A DNA stretch of 59,339 bases, counting the filler. It is 9 parts of 9 records of this genome, joined end to end, with 100 filler letters (N's around TTAATTAATTAA, not from the genome) between each part and the next. Parts side by side here need not be neighbours in the genome. Positions count along the whole stretch, not along the records: positions 28,745 to 35,404 come from SRR31156797_100802; positions 35,505 to 40,568 come from SRR31156797_100947; 7 more parts are not named here. The stretch is one strand, 5' to 3'. The translations under genes were made by a program, and so were the position numbers. Below, one piece after another: positions 30,146-39,850 of this stretch (its first letter is position 1; the number at the start of each line of letters is the position of its first letter). The notes beneath the pieces were generated by a model. That model had not been told where the DNA came from. It saw only the letters and a list, made by a program, of their open reading frames with translations, and did not search any database.

Positions 30146-31126
30146 TCACTTTATGATCGTTTTTTCTTCTACGCAAAAGGCCTGGAATCCGCGCTGAACC
30201 CCGGCAAACCCCTTGAGTTTGGGAAGACCGTCAATATAGCCTGTAAGCATATCCTTTGCGTCGTTATCCAGCTGTATCACATCCCCCGGCTGCATGTAGA
30301 TGAGCCGCTCCCCCGAGATCTCGGTGGAACCCAGCCGCACCCTGAGATCCACCGTGGACTCCAGGATGATCTCTTCGAGCCTGTTTCTCCAGGCCACGTC
30401 GACCTCTTCGGTTTCCGCCTGGAATCCGGATGCAAGCTTGGCCCGGATGGGCTCGATCATGGCATAGGGAAGACAGACCACAAGGTTGCCTGCCGCCTGC
30501 TCCAGCTCAATCTCGAACCGGGTCACGATAACAAGGTCCGTGGGCAGTACGATGGCGGCGAACTGGGGGTTCATCTCCGAACGAATCAGAGATGTCTTCA
30601 CCGGTTCAATGGGCAGCCAGGCCTTTTCAATGTCCTTGAGACAGGCCACAACCACCTTCTCGATCATCACCTCTTCGATGGCGGTGAACTCCCGCCCCTC
30701 GACCCTTGCCTGTCCGGACCCCTCTCCACCGAAAAAGGTATCGATGAGGTTATAGACAAGCTGGCTCTCGAGCACCACGAGACCATGGCCCCTCAGGGGC
30801 TCCATGCGGAAAACATGGAGGCTCGTGGGAACGGGCAGACTGCGCACAAACTCGGAAAACTTCAAGGTATCCAGGGGATTGGCCGTCACATCCACATTGG
30901 TCTGGAGCAGGGTCGACATGCTAGCCCGTATCTCCCTTGCCAGCCGCTCGTTGATGACGTCAAAGGTGGGCATCCTCGCCCTGATAACCTTGTCCTGACT
31001 GGTAAAATCATAGGTAGCAAGTCCTTCAGGTTCGGGTGCCTCGACCTCTTTTTCGGTCTCAACATCTCCTGAATCAAGCCCTGCCAGCAGGCTGTCAACT
31101 TCGTCCTGGGATAGTATCTCGCTCAT
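30146..31126 (-). CDS. fliM: Flagellar motor switch protein FliM
   Basis: ILSQDEVDSLL CheY-binding peptide; FFGG.G; REFTAIE; SEMNPQF. Confidence 0.96.
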   Translation of the reverse strand: MSEILSQDEVDSLLAGLDSGDVETEKEVEAPEPEGLATYDFTSQDKVIRARMPTFDVINERLAREIRASMSTLLQTNVDVTANPLDTLKFSEFVRSLPVPTSLHVFRMEPLRGHGLVVLESQLVYNLIDTFFGGEGSGQARVEGREFTAIEEVMIEKVVVACLKDIEKAWLPIEPVKTSLIRSEMNPQFAAIVLPTDLVIVTRFEIELEQAAGNLVVCLPYAMIEPIRAKLASGFQAETEEVDVAWRNRLEEIILESTVDLRVRLGSTEISGERLIYMQPGDVIQLDNDAKDMLTGYIDGLPKLKGFAGVQRGFQAFCVEEKTIIK

Positions 31127-31130
31127 GGCC

Positions 31131-31631
31131 TCAATTCTGCATAATTAAATTGATAAAAAAAAGATCTCGGATCTTTGCCCTGGTCAATGTCTGATTAATC
31201 ATTCCGATCAATTTCAACTTCAGCTGAACCTTGCCCTCGGGAGTTCTCAAAACAAGCCATGTTGTCTCCCGGGTCTCCTCTTCGATGACCTTGCGAATGG
31301 TATCCATACCGGCTTCCACCTCCTGGCGCATCCCCGGTTCCAGCAGTTCAAGCCCGATATCCAGGGTGATGAACTTCATGTTGCCGCTGGGCTTGAGCTG
31401 GATCCGCTCAAAGGTCTCAAGGACAACCACATCCTCAAACCGGGGTGAGTCATAGGCCCTGGGGACGGTTTCCTGAACCACCTCCGCCTGGGGCGGCGGC
31501 AGCGGTTCTTCCGCCGGGTCAACGGCCGGCCCCTTCAGAAAAAAGAACCAGAGCGCGACAACACCCGCCACAACCAGCAGGAGCGCTGTCAAGAGAATCA
31601 CCAGAGTCTTTAGCGTCAGCCTTTTTTTCAA
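31131..31631 (-). CDS. fliL: Flagellar basal body-associated protein FliL
   Basis: N-terminal TM; L.TPEGKVQLK..IN..L..IRDLFF..IMQ; upstream of fliM; TTG start with GGAGG RBS. Confidence 0.8.
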   Translation of the reverse strand: MKKRLTLKTLVILLTALLLVVAGVVALWFFFLKGPAVDPAEEPLPPPQAEVVQETVPRAYDSPRFEDVVVLETFERIQLKPSGNMKFITLDIGLELLEPGMRQEVEAGMDTIRKVIEEETRETTWLVLRTPEGKVQLKLKLIGMINQTLTRAKIRDLFFINLIMQN

Positions 31632-31783
31632 CCTTGCAAGCCCTCCCGGGCCTGGGCGCTCAGCACTTTTCTTGTTGGGAATTCCATGGGTTTCATTCTC
31701 CTAGGTCACTTAGGACCCCTGAAACGGTTGGGTTTAAGGTTGTCCTGCTTTAGTTGAATATCTTCTAATGATCACAATATAAA

Positions 31784-31798
31784 GCAATCATCATGCCA
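31784..31798 (-). promoter_or_regulatory. Sigma54 (-24/-12) promoter of fliLMNOP
   Basis: Minus-strand TGGCATGATGATTGC matches TGGCAC-N5-TTGC with correct spacing. Confidence 0.75.
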
Positions 31799-31914
31799 AA
31801 AAAAGATCTCCGCCTGATTTTATCCAGGAACAGCCAAAAGCCTATCACACCGGGGCGTTTATTGACCAGTTTTTTTTATGGGGCCGGGATATGCGTCAAG
31901 AAAAGAGGGACGGG

Positions 31915-31930
31915 TGTCAAGAATATGACA
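31915..31930. promoter_or_regulatory. Candidate enhancer-binding protein site (FleQ/FlrA-like)
   Basis: Palindrome TGTCA-AGAATA-TGACA about 120 nt upstream of the sigma54 motif. Confidence 0.5.
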
Positions 31931-31940
31931 AAGTGATCAA

Positions 31941-31961
31941 GCGGGGCAAGAACTGCCCCGC
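31941..31961 (-). terminator. Stem-loop after flgE
   Basis: GCGGGGCA-N5-TGCCCCGC, 14 nt downstream of the flgE stop. Confidence 0.55.
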
Positions 31962-31975
31962 CTTATAAAGGGGAT

Positions 31976-34681
31976 TTAACGTTTCATGTTGATTACGGTT
32001 TCCATCATGCCGTCAACCGTGGTGACGGTCTTGGAGTTTGCCTGGAATCCGCGCTGGGTGGTGATCATCTTCACGAACTCCTCGGAAATGTCCACGTTGG
32101 ACATCTCAAGGGAATTGGGAGCGATGGTGCCAAGGCCGTTCTGGCCGGGCTTGTTGGTGATGGCCCCGCCGCTCTCCCGGGTCTCGGAAAAGAGGTTCCC
32201 GCCTTCACTGGAAAGGCCGTTGTTGTTGAGGAACTTGGCAAGCCCCACCCTGAAGAGCGGGATCAGCTGGCCATTGGAGTAGATGCCTGTCATCACGCCG
32301 TCCGACGCCACGCTCACCCCCATGAGATCGCCGGCGGCATACCCGTCGGAATCCTGGAAGGTGGTGGAGGAGGAACGGGCATACTGGGTGGTGGAAAGGC
32401 TGTCATTGACAAAATTGGTGCCGTCAAACCGGGTGCCGATATCAAACTCGATGTCGGTCTCGGTGGTGCCGAACTCGCCCCCGAGGAAATCGGTGTTGAA
32501 GTTGTAATACCCCGTGGTTTTGATCTCATCCACGGGATTCGCTGTCCAGGCGGTGGAGCCCAGGATATCGAAGCTGATCTCGCTCCTGTCGGTAATGGCA
32601 TTGGTGGTGGGGCCCGACTTCAGGGACGTGGTGAACGAGAACACAATATCCTCCTTGTCATCGTCGTTGCCGGAACCGTCCAGATCGATGACCACCCTGT
32701 CCTTGTCTCCCTTCAGGGTCGCGGTTGAATACTCCGCAGGCGGTGTATGCTCAGGCGCCACATCAAAGTTAAACGTATCACCGTTTGCCGCTGTTGCATC
32801 CATATCAACTTCCATATCAATAGTGCTCCCCCCGTCAAAGGCGATGGCCAGGTCCTCACCCGACGTTCCTGCAAGGATTTTGGCATCGGGATATTCTGCC
32901 GGCGGAGAAGGATCAATGGTAAAGTTGATGGTGGCGTTGGCGGGCAGCGTCGAAGCCATGTCGTATTGAACCGTGGCGCCGCTCGCTAAATTAAGGGTTA
33001 CCGTATCCCCATCACCTGCGATGGTTACTGGTGGCGCTATCGCAGCACCGTCCACAGTGGCGGTCCATGTATTGGAAGGCTGATCATACGAAAGTATATA
33101 AGCACCTTCATCCTGCTTGACCCCGCCGCCGCCAGCCGTGACGGTCCGGGTGGGGCGTGTGCCCATTCCCGTGACGCTTTCGCTTGTAACATCAGCGTCT
33201 TTCATGACACCATTCCAGTCCCAGGCCGCACCATCGTACACGACCTCGACACCGGTAACGTCCATGGTCATTGAAGAGCTGTCGGCAAACGTAATATCAG
33301 CAGCCCATCCGGGACCACCACTGGCCGGTGGCGCGGTTCCCCCCTCGTTCTGGACAAGAGTACCGGCAGCTTCAGCTGCGCCCGGATCACTCCAGCTCCA
33401 GGTTTCCGCCAACGGATCCCAGATAATTTTCACGCCTGAGACATCATGGGTCATCACCTCCGGGGCATTGATCTCAAGGGTGGTATTGTCGTCGGCCGTA
33501 TCTCCCTTATAGCTGGTGCCTTCGATGCCCTGGACATGGAGGCCGTCCGGATTGTTGATATCAAACCCGATGGAGTCGGTTGCCACGGCCGGCTGATCAA
33601 GCTTGATCTTGAGATCCGGTTCCAGATCAATGGTGTTGTCCAAGGTAATATTGATGGTCTGGTCATCGGAATAAACGATCTGGGCGTTGGGATAATTTGT
33701 GGGTAATCCGGGCGGATTTGCAAATCTCCATGAAGCGCCGTCGAACTCAAGATCAAACCCGTAACCGTCCAGGGTCATCCGCTCCGAATCCTCTACCTGG
33801 AATTCAATGTCATCAACGGAATTGACACCGTTTGCCTGGACATTTCCGATACGGCCCGTGAACTCTTCCATGGTGAAATTGAGCACATCCCCGCTGCTCT
33901 CGCTGAAAGAGATGGTACCCCTGGCGAGGAGCCCCTTACTGTCCGTGCCCTGGACAAGATTTCGTTTATCCTCGCTGGGATTGCAGGTAATGACGTACTC
34001 CCAGTCGGTGCCGGTTTTTTTGTCATAGTACACCGTGACATCGTGGGTGCTGCCCAGGGCGTCATAGACCTTGACAACCGACTGGTATTCGTAGTTGGTG
34101 GGATCCATCAGCTTATCGGAGCTGGCGTCCCACCGGTTGGAAAGCACCGTGGACTGGCTTTCGGCATCGGCGTCCAGGTTGGTGACCATTTGAATCCTGG
34201 AACTTTTTTTCGGGGGAGAGGTAAAGGCCTTCAGGACGATATCCTTGATGGCGCCCACATCGTTGCCCGTGTCCTCGTCAAGCTCCCATCCCTGGACAAT
34301 GTAGCCTTCAGGATTGACCAGCTGGCCGGCCTTGTCAAAATGGAAATTACCCGCCCGGGAGTAGAAGTTGTTCTCGGTGTTGGCCTTGCGGACCACAAAA
34401 AACCCGTCCCCGCCGATGGAAAGGTCCGTGGCGTTTCCCGTTGATTCAAAGGAGCCGGTGTCAAAGTTCTGATCAACGGCGCCGATGGACATACCCCTTC
34501 CCACCTGGGCCGTACCTGCCTGGGTGGCCACGCTCTGGCTCAGGGTGTCGGCAAAGGTGGACCGGCCCTTCTTGAACCCGACCGTGTTTGTATTCGCAAT
34601 ATTATTACCAACCACCTGCATGGCATTGCCCATGTTGGTCAGACCGCTGGTACCTGTAAATAATGAACTTGATAAAGACAT
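31976..34681 (-). CDS. flgE: Flagellar hook protein FlgE, extended (901 aa)
   Basis: VVGNNIANTNTVGFK, TDLSIGGDGFF, YSRAGNF, YDALGSTH, LEMSNVDISEEFVKMITTQRGFQANSK. Confidence 0.95.
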   Translation of the reverse strand: MSLSSSLFTGTSGLTNMGNAMQVVGNNIANTNTVGFKKGRSTFADTLSQSVATQAGTAQVGRGMSIGAVDQNFDTGSFESTGNATDLSIGGDGFFVVRKANTENNFYSRAGNFHFDKAGQLVNPEGYIVQGWELDEDTGNDVGAIKDIVLKAFTSPPKKSSRIQMVTNLDADAESQSTVLSNRWDASSDKLMDPTNYEYQSVVKVYDALGSTHDVTVYYDKKTGTDWEYVITCNPSEDKRNLVQGTDSKGLLARGTISFSESSGDVLNFTMEEFTGRIGNVQANGVNSVDDIEFQVEDSERMTLDGYGFDLEFDGASWRFANPPGLPTNYPNAQIVYSDDQTINITLDNTIDLEPDLKIKLDQPAVATDSIGFDINNPDGLHVQGIEGTSYKGDTADDNTTLEINAPEVMTHDVSGVKIIWDPLAETWSWSDPGAAEAAGTLVQNEGGTAPPASGGPGWAADITFADSSSMTMDVTGVEVVYDGAAWDWNGVMKDADVTSESVTGMGTRPTRTVTAGGGGVKQDEGAYILSYDQPSNTWTATVDGAAIAPPVTIAGDGDTVTLNLASGATVQYDMASTLPANATINFTIDPSPPAEYPDAKILAGTSGEDLAIAFDGGSTIDMEVDMDATAANGDTFNFDVAPEHTPPAEYSTATLKGDKDRVVIDLDGSGNDDDKEDIVFSFTTSLKSGPTTNAITDRSEISFDILGSTAWTANPVDEIKTTGYYNFNTDFLGGEFGTTETDIEFDIGTRFDGTNFVNDSLSTTQYARSSSTTFQDSDGYAAGDLMGVSVASDGVMTGIYSNGQLIPLFRVGLAKFLNNNGLSSEGGNLFSETRESGGAITNKPGQNGLGTIAPNSLEMSNVDISEEFVKMITTQRGFQANSKTVTTVDGMMETVINMKR

Positions 34682-34778
34682 AATCTTCCCCCTTTTTATG
34701 CTCGACTCAGCCCGGAACCTGCCCAGCTGACAATTAGATTTTTTCCTAAAAGGTACTCTTTATATTTAAAATCCATGG

Positions 34779-35402
34779 TTATCCGGATATGGCACCCTCT
34801 TTTACGTTGGTGATGGAACCGACCGTTGACAGAAAACCGCTATCCCCAAGCACCAGGTACTGGGAGCCGTTGATCACCCTGATCTCGCTCACCGTTTTGG
34901 CCATGGAAACGTCCAGGACCCCGGAACCGGAAGTGACGGCATAGGAATAGAGTCCTTCCGGAACTTTTTTATTCCTGCTGTCCGTGCCGTCCCAGGCCAC
35001 CTCGGTCTCTCCCCCGTAATTTACATTTTTGGCATCCACGATGACACTGCTGATCTGCTGGCCGGATGCGTCGAAAATCCTCAGCGTCACATCCTGTTTT
35101 TTCTCCCCCTCACCCAGTTCGGGGAGATCAAACTTCACCTTGCCGGCTTCGGCGGATGTCCCGTCATAGCTGATCAGGGGATGGGAGGTGGTTATCTCCT
35201 TACCAAGATAATCCACCGGAGACTCCAGGGGTTTGTCCTCTTCAACAGGGTTGGACACCTGGACAATGGATTCCGGATCCACCAGCACCCCATTGATCTT
35301 GAGATAGGCCTTGCCCTTGTTATAAACGACACTCTCCACCGTACCGGTAACGGATGTGGGAACAGCCGTGAAGCCCGCACCTTCATTGGCCAGGACCTCA
35401 TA
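34779..35402 (-). CDS. flgD: Flagellar hook capping protein FlgD (5' truncated)
   Basis: WDGTDSRNKKVPEGLYSY FlgD_ig motif; directly upstream of flgE. Confidence 0.8.
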   Translation of the reverse strand, partial: YEVLANEGAGFTAVPTSVTGTVESVVYNKGKAYLKINGVLVDPESIVQVSNPVEEDKPLESPVDYLGKEITTSHPLISYDGTSAEAGKVKFDLPELGEGEKKQDVTLRIFDASGQQISSVIVDAKNVNYGGETEVAWDGTDSRNKKVPEGLYSYAVTSGSGVLDVSMAKTVSEIRVINGSQYLVLGDSGFLSTVGSITNVKEGAISG

Positions 35403-35404
35403 CT

Positions 35405-35504
35405 NNNNNNNNNNNNNNNNNNNNNNNNNNNNNNNNNNNNNNNNNNNNTTAATTAATTAANNNNNNNNNNNNNNNNNNNNNNNNNNNNNNNNNNNNNNNN
35501 NNNN
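35405..35504. other. Artificial contig linker
   Basis: N-run + TTAATTAATTAA + N-run. Confidence 0.99.
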
Positions 35505-37103
35505 AATTTTACACGATGTATGCGCAGCACCCTGATCGTTGTGGTGTGTTCATTGATCGGCGTGATCTGGTTGCTGGGCATACTGAAAACATTTGGATTC
35601 GATCTGGATCCATATGCGATCCTGGTGCCCTTTTTGGTTTTTTCCATCGGCATGAGCCATGGAACCCAAAAGATGAACGGCATCCTTCAGGACTGCGGCC
35701 GGGGTTCCGATAAGCTTGTGGCTGCGCGGATGACGTTCCGACGGTTATTCACAGCCGGCCTGACGGCTCTTTTAAGTGACGCTGTGGGTTTCGGTGTCCT
35801 GATGATCATTAAGATTCAGGTGATCCGTGAATTGGCGATCGCATCCAGCATCGGCGTCGGAGTACTCGTTTTTACCAACCTTGTCCTGATTCCGGTATTG
35901 CTCAGCTATATCGGCGTAAGCGCCGATGCTGCAAAACGATGCATCCGCCTGGAAATGGCTGAGCGGAACGGCCAGAGGAACCATATCGCCTGGCGTTTTA
36001 TAGGTTTATTCACTCGCAAGGCCTGGGCGATAGCGGCCATAAGCATCTGTGTTGTTCTCGGGGTCATCGGATACGGTATCAGATCCGATATTCGAATCGG
36101 TGATCTGGACCCGGGTGCGCCTGAACTCAGGCCTGATTCCAGGTATAACAGAGATAACGCCTTTATGGTCGATAGCTATGCCGCCAACAGTGATGTTTTG
36201 GTGGTTATGGTAAAAACGCCGCCATATAAGTGTGTGGATTACGATACCCAGATAGCAGTGGACGCGCTGGAGTGGGAACTCCAACAACTGCCGGTCGTGG
36301 AAAACACCCAGTCACTGGCGTCCCTGAGCCGGCAGGCCGTCGCCGGCATGAGCGAGGGAAGCATGGTCTGGTACGAATTGCTCCCGAATCAGAGCATGCT
36401 GAATGCGATCATTACCCGCGCTCCCAGGGAGGTATTCAATGAAGAGTGCAATCTGCTCTCCTTGTTCGTGTTCTGCAAGGATCATAAAGCCGACACACTG
36501 GCCGGTGTAGTAGAGAAAGTAGAGTCATTTGCGGCCGAAAACGACTCGGAGGACGTCCAGTTTCTGCTGGCTGCCGGGAGTGCTGGAATCGAAGCCGCCA
36601 CCAACATTGTTGTCAAGAAGGCCATGCGAGAAATGCTTTTTTACGTATATGGTGCGGTGATCCTCCTTTGCTATATCACGTTCCGATCATGGAAAGCGGT
36701 TGTAGTTGCCGTATTCCCTTTGGTTCTGACGTCAATCCTCTGTGAAGTGCTGATGGTCTGGCTGGGAATAGGCGTAAAGGTCGCGACCCTACCGGTGATT
36801 GCCCTGGGCGTGGGTATTGGCGTGGATTACGCCCTTTATGTATTGAGCGTTACAATCGATTGGCTGCGCGTGGGCAAGCCATTGTCCGAAGCCTATTACG
36901 AGGCACTGCGGTTTACCGGAAAAGTGGTGGTCTTGATCGGATTTACACTGGCCATCGGGGTCGCGACATGGACATTCTCAGCCATCAAATTTCAGGCAGA
37001 CATGGGGATACTGCTTGCCTTCATGTTCCTCTGGAATATGGTTGGCGCATTAATATTGATTCCTTCTCTGGGATACTTTCTTCTGAAGACAGAAAAGCGT
37101 TAA
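35505..37103 (+). CDS. RND superfamily (MMPL-type) exporter (5' truncated)
   Basis: PFLVFSIGMSHG, IGDLDPGAPELRPDSRYNRD, LGVGIGVDY, KFQADMG; many TM helices. Confidence 0.88.
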   Translation, partial: NFTRCMRSTLIVVVCSLIGVIWLLGILKTFGFDLDPYAILVPFLVFSIGMSHGTQKMNGILQDCGRGSDKLVAARMTFRRLFTAGLTALLSDAVGFGVLMIIKIQVIRELAIASSIGVGVLVFTNLVLIPVLLSYIGVSADAAKRCIRLEMAERNGQRNHIAWRFIGLFTRKAWAIAAISICVVLGVIGYGIRSDIRIGDLDPGAPELRPDSRYNRDNAFMVDSYAANSDVLVVMVKTPPYKCVDYDTQIAVDALEWELQQLPVVENTQSLASLSRQAVAGMSEGSMVWYELLPNQSMLNAIITRAPREVFNEECNLLSLFVFCKDHKADTLAGVVEKVESFAAENDSEDVQFLLAAGSAGIEAATNIVVKKAMREMLFYVYGAVILLCYITFRSWKAVVVAVFPLVLTSILCEVLMVWLGIGVKVATLPVIALGVGIGVDYALYVLSVTIDWLRVGKPLSEAYYEALRFTGKVVVLIGFTLAIGVATWTFSAIKFQADMGILLAFMFLWNMVGALILIPSLGYFLLKTEKR

Positions 37104-37153
37104 ATGCAGTTTCTGTCCACTCAAAAAACTACATTTTTTGGAGGGTGAATTTT

Positions 37154-38626
37154 ATGTTTCTACAAAACCTTGAAGCGATCAGGACGGATCTTGAAACGGA
37201 ATTGGGAGAAAGGAATGTATTATCCAAGGACTTTATTCTCTCTTCATATATAAAGGACGGTACCCTTTTCTACTATCCATTGAGCAAACCATCTGTGGTG
37301 GTCCTGCCTGAATCCACGGAAGACGTGCAGAAGATAATCCGAATCGCAAACCAATATAAGGTACCCGTTGTCGCGAGCGCAGGCAGGACCAATTCCTGGG
37401 GAGGTGTGGACTCCAACCAGGGGATAGCCGTAGATATGTGTCACCTGAATAAGGTTATCGATATCGATGAACGAAATCTAACATTTACGGTCCAGGCCGG
37501 AGTCAATGTCCATCATATGAACCGGGACTTGGATAAAATGGGTTATCGATATCCGACTCATCCCCTCAATAATGCAGCGATCTCTTTTGGCTCTGAGGTA
37601 TGTAAAAATACCGGGGGGGAAGTCGGGTGCATGTACGGACACGCCGCAAAGAGGATTATCGGTTTGAAGGTTGTTCTCGGAAACGGAGAAATCATTGAAA
37701 CCGGCAGTTGCAGGGTTATTCAAAACTTACCCTATTATCAACAGTCGGGAATCCCCGATTTAACGCAATTGTTTGTAGCCGCTGAAGGCGCCTATGGCAT
37801 TATAACCGAGGTAACCATGGCAATGCAAAGTGCACCAGTGGCGCATATAGGGCTTGATATTAAATTCGAAGGGAACTCGCACGGATTTAAAAAGATTGTC
37901 AACGCGGTTCATGAAATGAGAGTAAAAAAACTAATTAGCAATGCCCACCTGATTGATTTTTATACCATGTGGATGCTGGAGCGTGGTATTGCAGGAAAAG
38001 GCGTTGAAGTTGATGAAGAAGCCACCCGGGAAAAATACGGCCATATTCTCGTCCTGGAAATTGAAAGCTTCTACACCCAAGAAGAATGCGAGATCAGAAA
38101 GAAAGGGGCACTAGAGATCTGCAGAAAATACGGAGGAGAATATGTAGGTGATAACATGGCAAAAGGTTTCAGCCATAACCCGAATGAACGCGGTGAAGAT
38201 GCCATCAAATATCTATTCTCGGAGAGTTCGCCCATGGTTCCTTTTTGGGCAGATGTCTCATATGATAACATCCCGATTTTTTATGATAAGGCACTTGCAT
38301 TGATGGACGAAAACGGCTGGCCGAGAAAGAAATCCTGCTTTATTGTCGCCATGGGGGATGAATCCTGTTTGTCTTTTTATTTTACATACCCGAATCCTCA
38401 TGATGAAAAAGATGTCCAGCACTCTATAGACGTCAACAAGAAGATATTAAAACTCTACACCGAAATCGGCGTTATCCCTTATCGAATTGGGCGGATGTGG
38501 AGACCGTATATCATGAACAAACTGGATCCGAAATACCTACAGTACATCAGGCGTATTAAAAAACTGTTCGATCCAAATAATATAGTTAACCCTGGTGTGT
38601 CGGTTTTTGAGGAGGTGGCTGAATGA
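37154..38626 (+). CDS. FAD-binding oxidoreductase (PCMH/GlcD-like fold)
   Basis: VVVLPESTEDV..GRTNSWGG..VQAGV..GLKVVLGNG..AEGAYGIITE..FDPNNIVNPG. ATG 37154 has a GGAGG RBS; the longer track ORF overlaps the RND gene. Confidence 0.85.
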   Translation: MFLQNLEAIRTDLETELGERNVLSKDFILSSYIKDGTLFYYPLSKPSVVVLPESTEDVQKIIRIANQYKVPVVASAGRTNSWGGVDSNQGIAVDMCHLNKVIDIDERNLTFTVQAGVNVHHMNRDLDKMGYRYPTHPLNNAAISFGSEVCKNTGGEVGCMYGHAAKRIIGLKVVLGNGEIIETGSCRVIQNLPYYQQSGIPDLTQLFVAAEGAYGIITEVTMAMQSAPVAHIGLDIKFEGNSHGFKKIVNAVHEMRVKKLISNAHLIDFYTMWMLERGIAGKGVEVDEEATREKYGHILVLEIESFYTQEECEIRKKGALEICRKYGGEYVGDNMAKGFSHNPNERGEDAIKYLFSESSPMVPFWADVSYDNIPIFYDKALALMDENGWPRKKSCFIVAMGDESCLSFYFTYPNPHDEKDVQHSIDVNKKILKLYTEIGVIPYRIGRMWRPYIMNKLDPKYLQYIRRIKKLFDPNNIVNPGVSVFEEVAE

Positions 38627-39810
38627 GAATTCCAAAAGATTTTTCCGAAATGATGAAGAAAAATGAGGCCTATAAGAAAGTTTTTGAATGCCTGTGTTGC
38701 GGCGCATGCACAAATCTCTGGCCCAATGAGCAGCGGTGCTCCCTTTCAACGCTGTACCAGGGAAGCGAGGCCAATCCAAGAGGAATGAACTGGATCATCC
38801 AATCGCTTCTGGAGGATAACCTTTCTTTCTCTCCGGACCTTGTTGACTTTGTATTTCGATGCACCACGTGTAATCAGTGCACAGTGAATTGTCCCGCAAG
38901 TCTGGAGCCTCGAGCTTACATTGAAGCGCTTAGAAGGGATTTGGTAGAAGTGGGAGCAGTTCCCAAAAGCGTCATTGATGTATTGGAAAATACATACAAA
39001 TACGGCAATGTATGGGGGAAGCCCCAAAAAAAGAGGGCCGTATGGGCGCAAGATTCAGATATAATGACGGCTTCGGAATCCAGAGACTTTGAGTATCTTC
39101 TGTTCGTGGGGGATTCCGCCTATGTTGAAAGAAACCAGGAGACCATAAAAAGGCTTATAACTATTTTAAACGGATCAGGCGTCCGTTTCGCGTACTTAGG
39201 TAATGAAGAGAAATCATCCGGGAATGAAGTCCTGAGGATGGGAGAAACCGGTTTGTTTGAGATTTTGGCAGAGTATCATATAAATCTTTTTAAGAAATAT
39301 GGGGTAAATAAGATTATTACATTGTCCCCACATTCTTATCATGCTTTAAAAAAGGAGTATCCCAAGATCGACCGGAATCTCAAAATTGATGTTTTTCACT
39401 ACACGACGATTCTTTGTGATTTAATTAAGCAAGGAAGAATCCGCCTTTCGAAAAAGCTAACTATGAAGGCCTGCTATCACGACTCATGCTATTTGGGGAA
39501 ACATAACTCAATCTATGAAGAGCCTCGTGAAATACTTAGTTCCATTCCAGGTTTAAAACTTGTAGAGATGGACTATTCAATGGAAAAGGGCATCTGCTGC
39601 GGTGGCGGTGGTGGCGGCCAATGGATAGAACGCGGTGATGGCGTGGTGGTGGAAAATATCCGGTTCAAGCAGGCCGTAGATATGGACCTGGACGTACTTG
39701 TGACGGCCTGTCCGATTTGTACCCAACAGTTTGAGGCGGCAAAGGAAGATTTCCCTGGAAGTCGGATGGTTGTAAAGGATATTATTGAACTGGTTTACGA
39801 TGCTCTTTAG
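38623..39810 (+). CDS. Fe-S/CCG-domain oxidoreductase (GlpC/HdrD-like)
   Basis: CLCCGAC, CTTCNQCTVNCP, YHDSCYLG, CCGGGGG, TACPIC. ATGA overlap with the upstream gene. Confidence 0.87.
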   Translation: MRIPKDFSEMMKKNEAYKKVFECLCCGACTNLWPNEQRCSLSTLYQGSEANPRGMNWIIQSLLEDNLSFSPDLVDFVFRCTTCNQCTVNCPASLEPRAYIEALRRDLVEVGAVPKSVIDVLENTYKYGNVWGKPQKKRAVWAQDSDIMTASESRDFEYLLFVGDSAYVERNQETIKRLITILNGSGVRFAYLGNEEKSSGNEVLRMGETGLFEILAEYHINLFKKYGVNKIITLSPHSYHALKKEYPKIDRNLKIDVFHYTTILCDLIKQGRIRLSKKLTMKACYHDSCYLGKHNSIYEEPREILSSIPGLKLVEMDYSMEKGICCGGGGGGQWIERGDGVVVENIRFKQAVDMDLDVLVTACPICTQQFEAAKEDFPGSRMVVKDIIELVYDAL

Positions 39811-39850
39811 TTTCAAAAACTATTTATGCGGTATTGGCCGCTATATACAG

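Noticed and set aside
31628..31696. Short uORF (MEFPTRKVLSAQAREGLQG) overlapping the fliL TTG start
   Set aside because: fliL has its own GGAGG RBS; there is no evidence that the peptide is real, though a frameshifted N-terminus cannot be excluded.
36860..37153. N-terminal extension of the FAD oxidoreductase in the 588-aa track ORF
   Set aside because: Overlaps the RND gene; ATG 37154 with an RBS is the better start.
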